Positions 25,201 through 31,016 of a DNA stretch of 31,016 bases are shown here, piece after piece. This DNA is from a virus (lineage: Duplodnaviria > Caudoviricetes). The notes beneath the pieces are model-generated. The model saw nothing but the letters and a program-made list of their open reading frames with translations. It was not told where the DNA came from and made no database searches. How positions within the stretch are numbered: position 1 is the first letter of the stretch; every line of letters starts with the position of its first letter. The position numbers and the translations under genes were made by a program. The stretch covers positions 1 to 31,016 of IMG/VR virus record IMGVR_UViG_3300035135_000794. One strand, given 5' to 3'.

Positions 25201-28200
25201 TTAATTGATGTAGTTCTTGTATTTCAAGTATTTTTCTCTTGTGACCAGAGAAGAAGTATTGATTCCGATGACTCCATTATCGTTGTAGGCACTGAATTCG
25301 TTTGTAGAAGTTCTTCCTTCAACAACAATTTTGCCCCAACTGTATCTTCCGAAGAATGCCGAATCCAAGACATTACCACTAAAATCAAGTGAAGATACAT
25401 TTCCTTGATTATCGAAGGAATATAATGTGCTGTCAAAAGTAACCGAAGTACTATCGAAAGTTGCGGCACTGGTACTAATCGCGACTGGAGTAAAATCAAT
25501 ATTTCCACCAATGGAGGTGACGCCCAGTCCAATAGATCCAATTCCCGTAATATTTGTAAGACTGGAAGAACCAATTCCAGCAACATTGCAGAATACTCTT
25601 ACTACAGATACGGTACCAACTCCAGCAACAGGTTTGTATGTTACATGGAAGTTATTTACCTGGTATATGCCATCAAAGTGAGACTTGCAAATACCGATCT
25701 TAGTGCTGTTAGTTCTTCTGGTTTCAAAGTGGGTAACCGCAAGACCAATATTAGAGTCTCTGACTACGAAATAGTCACCAGTGCTAATTCCACTGATCGT
25801 ACTTGCTGAAGAAACATAGTGAGTTCCTCTCAAGTCCGAATCTGTAGGAATGAAGAGATCAAAGATCACTTTTGTGGTCAAACCAGTAGTAGAAAGACCA
25901 AATCCAACGATAGTTCCATAGTCTCCACTGAAACTTTGAACCTCATCTGTTTCTAATACAGATGATTGATCTTGAATAAGAACTTTTGGTGGATTTGTCG
26001 ATGCATAACCAGATCCAGGATTGGAGACCGCAATAGAAACTACAGAACCATTGAGAATAGTTGCTGTAGCAGATGCAGTTGATCCAGTTCCGACTGGATT
26101 AGAAAGAGTTACGGAAGGAATAGATGCAAATCCAGATCCTCCATCGCTGATTGTGAATGAAGTTACAGTTCCAGCAGAAGAAACTGTTGCTGTAGCAGCG
26201 GCAGAAGTGCATGAATCCTGAGATAAGATATTGATCTTCTTCTGGAAGAGAAGAGATGCATTATTTTCATTTGCAGCATTAAACAGAGTTCTTAATGTAT
26301 CAACATAGACAATTGTTACACCAGTTCCTACTGTTTGTGTTACATATGCAGCAGGGAATATATTCGCTTCGTATTGATCTCTGTCCTTTCCAACTTCCTT
26401 TTCATCAATAATCTTATCTTCAGTTTGCTTACACCAAGTAACTGGTCTAAGCATCTTAGAATTATTAGTATTTCCTGGTCCGAAGTATGGATTTGTGCCA
26501 ACAAAATCAATAGATTTGATTTGTGTCACTGTTCTTTCTTCTTCTTGGAAAATTAAAGTTTGTCCAATATCAGGATTGTAATTGATTGTCAAATCATCTC
26601 CTACCTTCACGGTTTCGACGATATCTCTATCAACAACGTCAACATCTCCACTTCCCTTATAGAATAGAATCTTAGCAGTATCTCCTGCCTTAGGTGGTTC
26701 AGAGAATTCAATCAAACTACCGCCAGGGAAGAAATAACCTTCTCCTGGAACTTGGAGAACATCATTGACAAATACCAATAATGTTGCTTCAACATTAATA
26801 TTAGAACCTCTAGCAGATCTGATAGAGATCAAATCTCCAGCAACTCTAATTGGGAAGATAACATCGGATCCATTAAATTGAGATGATACATCATCGATTA
26901 TTTGGAGTTGTCCAATTGACCAACCAGCAAATCTATCATTGAAGACTTCTTGAATTGTTATTTGGAATTCACTGGAAGGTTTGGTTGGATCGGTTGGAAT
27001 TCCTGCAAGTCCTCCAGTTTCAATAGTAAGAATTTCTCCATTACCATATCCATATCCAAGATTAGTGAGTTCAAAATCAATAACACTGGAAGCAGCGCCA
27101 ACAACAACATTGATCTTCGCCTGTGTTCCTACTCCTGGAGTTGACTGTGAACTGTATACGAGAGGAATATCAGAATAGGATAATGGATCATCAAATACGA
27201 CATATGGAACATTGGAACTGGTATATCCTGTTCCTGGATTAGTAATGGCAACACTGACGATGTGACCATTGCTAACTGCTGCTGTTCCAATATTGGTTAT
27301 ACTGTAAGTTCCAGTGGAAGACGTATAAAGTCCTACGTTTACGACTGTTTGGATTCCTGCTCTATAACCAGATCCACTGTTTCCAATACTAATCGATGCA
27401 ATTGTTCCTGCAGCAGAAACAACAGCAGTTCCTCCAGCAGAAACTAGATCTTGTAATCCGAAACCGAAGGTAGAACCAACAGAAACAATTATGCCACCAA
27501 CAGGAATAGATGCATTATTGACATCATATCCTACTGAACTTGCAGTTCCAGTGAACTGAATAGATGTAATACCAACAGTTTCATCAGAAATTAAAGTATA
27601 ATCTCTGTTTAGACCTGGACCTTGGAAAATATCATTTATAGTGATGATAGCATTATTTTCTACTATCTCAGACAGACTCGAACCCGCCGATGTAAGCGTA
27701 AATTTACGAGTTTGACCATCAAAACTTTCGGAAATATCATCAAAGATATAGTTCTTGGTGTAAGATTCCTCATCAGACCCTTGTACACCAGATCTCATGA
27801 AGGATCTTCCTTGGAACTTGGAACCAGTTGTTATGCCAGTCCAGTCTCTTTCTGATGGCTTATTTGTTGAAGTGGATAATGGTGTTTGACCATATGGAGG
27901 ATCAACAAAATTAATCGTACTGTCGATGATATTGTAGTTTCCACCAATCTTGGTAATTTTTGCATCTGTTCCATGACCAGCAAGACCAGTTCCCATCCAA
28001 GATCTTCTTACTCTAACATTAAAGGTTCCGCCAACACCAATAGATTGAATTCTCATGATTTCATCATCAATCTGAATCAAATCTGTTCCGAAGAAAGATG
28101 TAATTCCAGAGAATACAAGTACATTTTCCGTAGTTGTTACTGCTTTTGCCAAACTTGCTGTGATAGCAGTAGAAACGATTGGAGATTGAATGACATTATC

Positions 28201-31016
28201 AATAGCAACAACAACTTTAGAGTTTTGCTTCTTAGAAGTGAAACTGTGTGATGTACCAATACCAACTGAAGTAATATCAATTGGAGTAGGAACAAATGAT
28301 AATGCCTCTGCAGGAGTTCTCGCTAACTGAATCTCAGATTCGTTGAGTTTGATGACGTATACAGATCCAGGAAGTTTTGTAGTTGTTCCAACACTAACGA
28401 AACTTGTAGATGCAATTTCAATCGCATTAGAAGAACCAGTTCCAGCAACTCTATATTGAACTTCCTCACCAGATACAAAGTAGTGATCTGGAATTTGAAT
28501 GCTATTGTTTGATACATTAACATTTGTGGAAGATGAGCAATCTACTTCTCTTCTGAAAATTGGAAGATTGTTGTGATTCAGTGGGAAGTCTCTCTTAATA
28601 TTTGAAAGAGTTCCTTCATACGTTCCCTGGAAACTATTAACACTGGAATTATTGAAGTCCAATGAAATATCTGTTCCAGAATCATTCGAAGGACGGACAA
28701 GATGGGAGAATACCTTGACCTGGATGTTTCTGTCTGCTACAGGTTCAAATGTTATCTTGGTTATGTCATTAGTTTTAGCAATTCCAACTGTTCCAAGATT
28801 TTGATTTGTTTCAAGAACAGCAAATTCAGTAATAAATCCATCATTGTCATCATCAACAGCAACAACCTCAGAGAATTGATGATCTCCACTATCAGGATCA
28901 GATGCCTGTACTAAGAAATATCCACCATCATACAGATTGATGTAATCAGATACTATGTGAGAAGTTGGTGATGAAGATGAAGAGATCGCGACATAAGAAG
29001 ACTTAAGTTTTCCATATCTAAGAGCTGTTGATCCAACCCCACTGTAATCTGTGTCAGCAAGAGCAACAAACCAAGTATTTACAGTAGCACCAAAACCAGT
29101 TGTAGAAAGACCCAAATTAGATGTAAAGTCAACCTTTAAGGTGGAACCACTAATGTATGGCCAGAAAGTTCCCAATCCAGTTCCAGAGAAAGTATCGTAA
29201 CTATGATTTGACAATTGACCATAATCAATGAATTCAATTTCAGATCCATTGTGAGTCAAGTTGAATTCGTTGTATTCATATTCTCCATTATGTCCAGTTA
29301 CTTCAACGATTCCTTTGACAGAACTGTAGTAACTTGGAATTTCTACAATAGAAGAAACAGTATCCGATTTTGAGGCTCCTACTATTCTTACACCATCTCC
29401 GAGTGTAGTTGTTCCTAATCCAGCAACATACGAATCATTGATTCCAATTGTTAATGTGGAAACCGAATAGTCATTTACAGAATATTTTACTGGATAGAAG
29501 TTGAGAACTCCTTCTGTTCCAGAAATAGAGAAGTCAAAAGATCCAAGATCAGAAACAGATTCAACTCTTCCGTATTGGTTCATGTATGCAAGATTGTCAT
29601 TATCATAGAGAAGAGTTACTAAGAGAACTTGTCTTTCTCCAGTAAATCTAATATCTTTTGCATATGTGATGAATTTTTTAACTCTAGCATCGGCAAGATT
29701 GAATCTAGCAATCTCACTAAATCTTGTTGGTCTTGGATTACTATTAAAGAGATAAGAAACATCATCAATAATCAATACTCTATTGCCAATAGACTCAGAG
29801 TAATCTGTGAGAACTGCATTTTGGAAGATTATCTCATCGGATACGACTCTACCGTCGATGGTAAAGGAGTTTTCTTTGACCAAATCAAAATCATAAACAC
29901 AATTAAGATCTCCTGATCCGATCAAATCTACAATGATTTGAATTCCTGGAATATCGTTTGGAGCAGGAAGACCGATAGCCATATCCTGACTAGAGACATA
30001 ACCCAGTTTAGACTCAATCTGAAGATCAGAGAACTTTTTAAATCCTGTCGTATGATTTAATGTGCTAACGGCGTCATCCCAGGTTTCCAATGGAACTCTT
30101 GACTTAATAGAGTATGAGAAGTTCTGATAATAATCATTATCTTGGAGTCTGGTAGAGTTATCTCCTAAGAATCCAGCATTATTTTCCCATCCACCTTTTT
30201 TAATTGAAGAACTGGAAAGTTGATAGAAACCGTCATAATTGCTGACTTCTTTAATAGTCGCTTTTGTTCTAGTGGATTTTGCCGTGATGACATCACCAAC
30301 AGAAACCTCATTTTGAGATCTCAGTTTTAATATATTTGCATCTTGGTTGTATCCTTCAATAATTCCCTCATATCCATCTCCGAAAGATGCTTCCTCTCCA
30401 ATAGCAAAAGAATTTGAACTTACTACAATATCAAATTCAGGCATGTATTTGCGAGGAATAATTCTTACTGCAGAATTAGCGTCATCAAAATCAGCAACAT
30501 CACCATTATCATCCAAGACATTGGACATGCTGTAAGTGACAATTCCAATTCCACCGATATTTTTCGATACCTGCGTAACTTCAAAGAAGTTGAAATTATA
30601 CTCGTTTGAATTGAATCCCTTAATGTTACCAGTTGCCCCAGTTACACTTGCGTTTTCAACAAAAATTTCATCACCAACATCAAATGGGAACGATTCTGCT
30701 GTACTAAATCCAACAGATAAGGTAGCAGTAACAGTTTGAGATGTTGAATCAAATGTTAAACTAGAAATACCAACACCATTAGAATTATGAATAGGTATTA
30801 TAGTTGGATTAATTGGAGAAAGAGCGAATGTATTATTCAGAATTTCAACGCCTACATTTCCCAACTCAAATCTGAGATCTGCTTCGGGCAGAACTTCTTT
30901 TCTACTTCCATCAATGAGAATTAGTTGTGGAGCAGATGTATATCCTCTTCCAAATGAAGTTACAGAAACTCTCTCCAATGAAGAAAGCGTTTCTACAGTA
31001 CAAATTTGTGGTAATT
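25201..31016 (-). CDS. g7: Baseplate wedge initiator gp7-type giant protein, C-terminal >1937 aa; the 5' end lies outside the window
   Basis: The frame is open to the right edge (LPQICTVETLSSLER...). GFL.....RLQDNDYYQNFSYSIKS.V....WDDAV..LNH..GFKKF is the gp7-like motif. Located upstream of g8. Confidence 0.82.
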   Translation of the reverse strand, partial: LPQICTVETLSSLERVSVTSFGRGYTSAPQLILIDGSRKEVLPEADLRFELGNVGVEILNNTFALSPINPTIIPIHNSNGVGISSLTFDSTSQTVTATLSVGFSTAESFPFDVGDEIFVENASVTGATGNIKGFNSNEYNFNFFEVTQVSKNIGGIGIVTYSMSNVLDDNGDVADFDDANSAVRIIPRKYMPEFDIVVSSNSFAIGEEASFGDGYEGIIEGYNQDANILKLRSQNEVSVGDVITAKSTRTKATIKEVSNYDGFYQLSSSSIKKGGWENNAGFLGDNSTRLQDNDYYQNFSYSIKSRVPLETWDDAVSTLNHTTGFKKFSDLQIESKLGYVSSQDMAIGLPAPNDIPGIQIIVDLIGSGDLNCVYDFDLVKENSFTIDGRVVSDEIIFQNAVLTDYSESIGNRVLIIDDVSYLFNSNPRPTRFSEIARFNLADARVKKFITYAKDIRFTGERQVLLVTLLYDNDNLAYMNQYGRVESVSDLGSFDFSISGTEGVLNFYPVKYSVNDYSVSTLTIGINDSYVAGLGTTTLGDGVRIVGASKSDTVSSIVEIPSYYSSVKGIVEVTGHNGEYEYNEFNLTHNGSEIEFIDYGQLSNHSYDTFSGTGLGTFWPYISGSTLKVDFTSNLGLSTTGFGATVNTWFVALADTDYSGVGSTALRYGKLKSSYVAISSSSSPTSHIVSDYINLYDGGYFLVQASDPDSGDHQFSEVVAVDDDNDGFITEFAVLETNQNLGTVGIAKTNDITKITFEPVADRNIQVKVFSHLVRPSNDSGTDISLDFNNSSVNSFQGTYEGTLSNIKRDFPLNHNNLPIFRREVDCSSSTNVNVSNNSIQIPDHYFVSGEEVQYRVAGTGSSNAIEIASTSFVSVGTTTKLPGSVYVIKLNESEIQLARTPAEALSFVPTPIDITSVGIGTSHSFTSKKQNSKVVVAIDNVIQSPIVSTAITASLAKAVTTTENVLVFSGITSFFGTDLIQIDDEIMRIQSIGVGGTFNVRVRRSWMGTGLAGHGTDAKITKIGGNYNIIDSTINFVDPPYGQTPLSTSTNKPSERDWTGITTGSKFQGRSFMRSGVQGSDEESYTKNYIFDDISESFDGQTRKFTLTSAGSSLSEIVENNAIITINDIFQGPGLNRDYTLISDETVGITSIQFTGTASSVGYDVNNASIPVGGIIVSVGSTFGFGLQDLVSAGGTAVVSAAGTIASISIGNSGSGYRAGIQTVVNVGLYTSSTGTYSITNIGTAAVSNGHIVSVAITNPGTGYTSSNVPYVVFDDPLSYSDIPLVYSSQSTPGVGTQAKINVVVGAASSVIDFELTNLGYGYGNGEILTIETGGLAGIPTDPTKPSSEFQITIQEVFNDRFAGWSIGQLQIIDDVSSQFNGSDVIFPIRVAGDLISIRSARGSNINVEATLLVFVNDVLQVPGEGYFFPGGSLIEFSEPPKAGDTAKILFYKGSGDVDVVDRDIVETVKVGDDLTINYNPDIGQTLIFQEEERTVTQIKSIDFVGTNPYFGPGNTNNSKMLRPVTWCKQTEDKIIDEKEVGKDRDQYEANIFPAAYVTQTVGTGVTIVYVDTLRTLFNAANENNASLLFQKKINILSQDSCTSAAATATVSSAGTVTSFTISDGGSGFASIPSVTLSNPVGTGSTASATATILNGSVVSIAVSNPGSGYASTNPPKVLIQDQSSVLETDEVQSFSGDYGTIVGFGLSTTGLTTKVIFDLFIPTDSDLRGTHYVSSASTISGISTGDYFVVRDSNIGLAVTHFETRRTNSTKIGICKSHFDGIYQVNNFHVTYKPVAGVGTVSVVRVFCNVAGIGSSSLTNITGIGSIGLGVTSIGGNIDFTPVAISTSAATFDSTSVTFDSTLYSFDNQGNVSSLDFSGNVLDSAFFGRYSWGKIVVEGRTSTNEFSAYNDNGVIGINTSSLVTREKYLKYKNYIN

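Noticed and set aside
2198-30739. Numerous 60-155 aa plus-strand ORFs
   Set aside because: All are antisense to long minus-strand genes, lack recognisable motifs, and are expected from Thr/Gly/Val/Ala-rich codon bias.
30976-30978. TTG start assigned to the 1925-aa ORF
   Set aside because: The frame stays open to the window edge, so the true start is outside the window.
14017-31016. Inteins, introns or homing endonucleases explaining the very large ORFs
   Set aside because: No intein splice motifs or LAGLIDADG/HNH/GIY-YIG signatures were noticed, and the size is explained by repeated structural modules. An HMM scan would be needed to exclude them fully.
1-31016. Stop-codon reassignment
   Set aside because: The standard code gives full-length conserved genes, and TAA, TAG and TGA all terminate genes at expected C-termini.

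Overview
A 31-kb piece of the late (virion structural) region of a T4-like myovirus. Protein sizes and gene order best fit marine cyanomyoviruses; the host cannot be proven from this window. All credible genes are on the minus strand. In transcription order (right to left): 5'-truncated giant gp7-type baseplate wedge initiator, a gp9/gp10-N-terminus fibre with a LamG/ConA-like domain, gp8, a 2487-aa VrlC/DUF4815-type virion protein, two small ORFs (one missing from the ORF track), gp13, gp14, gp15 and gp16. An accessory fibre island of at least 9.8 kb follows: 111 aa, 104 aa, 1017 aa with PKD-like domains, 988 aa, 76 aa, 221 aa, and a 3'-truncated collagen-like fibre of >691 aa that the ORF track misses. 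T4-type late promoters (TAAATA core) precede most genes, and two overlap intrinsic terminators. The most interesting signals are all hypotheses: (1) C-terminal '[D/E]-[G/A]-G' tail peptides alternate with N-terminal Mtd-N-like domains, suggesting a plug-and-socket fibre chain; (2) a G-[IVL]-[GAST]-[TS] motif is scattered through nearly all large virion proteins, even replacing conserved residues, and may be a modification sequon; (3) a two-gene PKD/'DYLWKK' cassette appears to split one fibre. No RNA genes, CRISPR arrays, mobile elements or DGR were seen. Family assignments come from motif recognition, not database searches.
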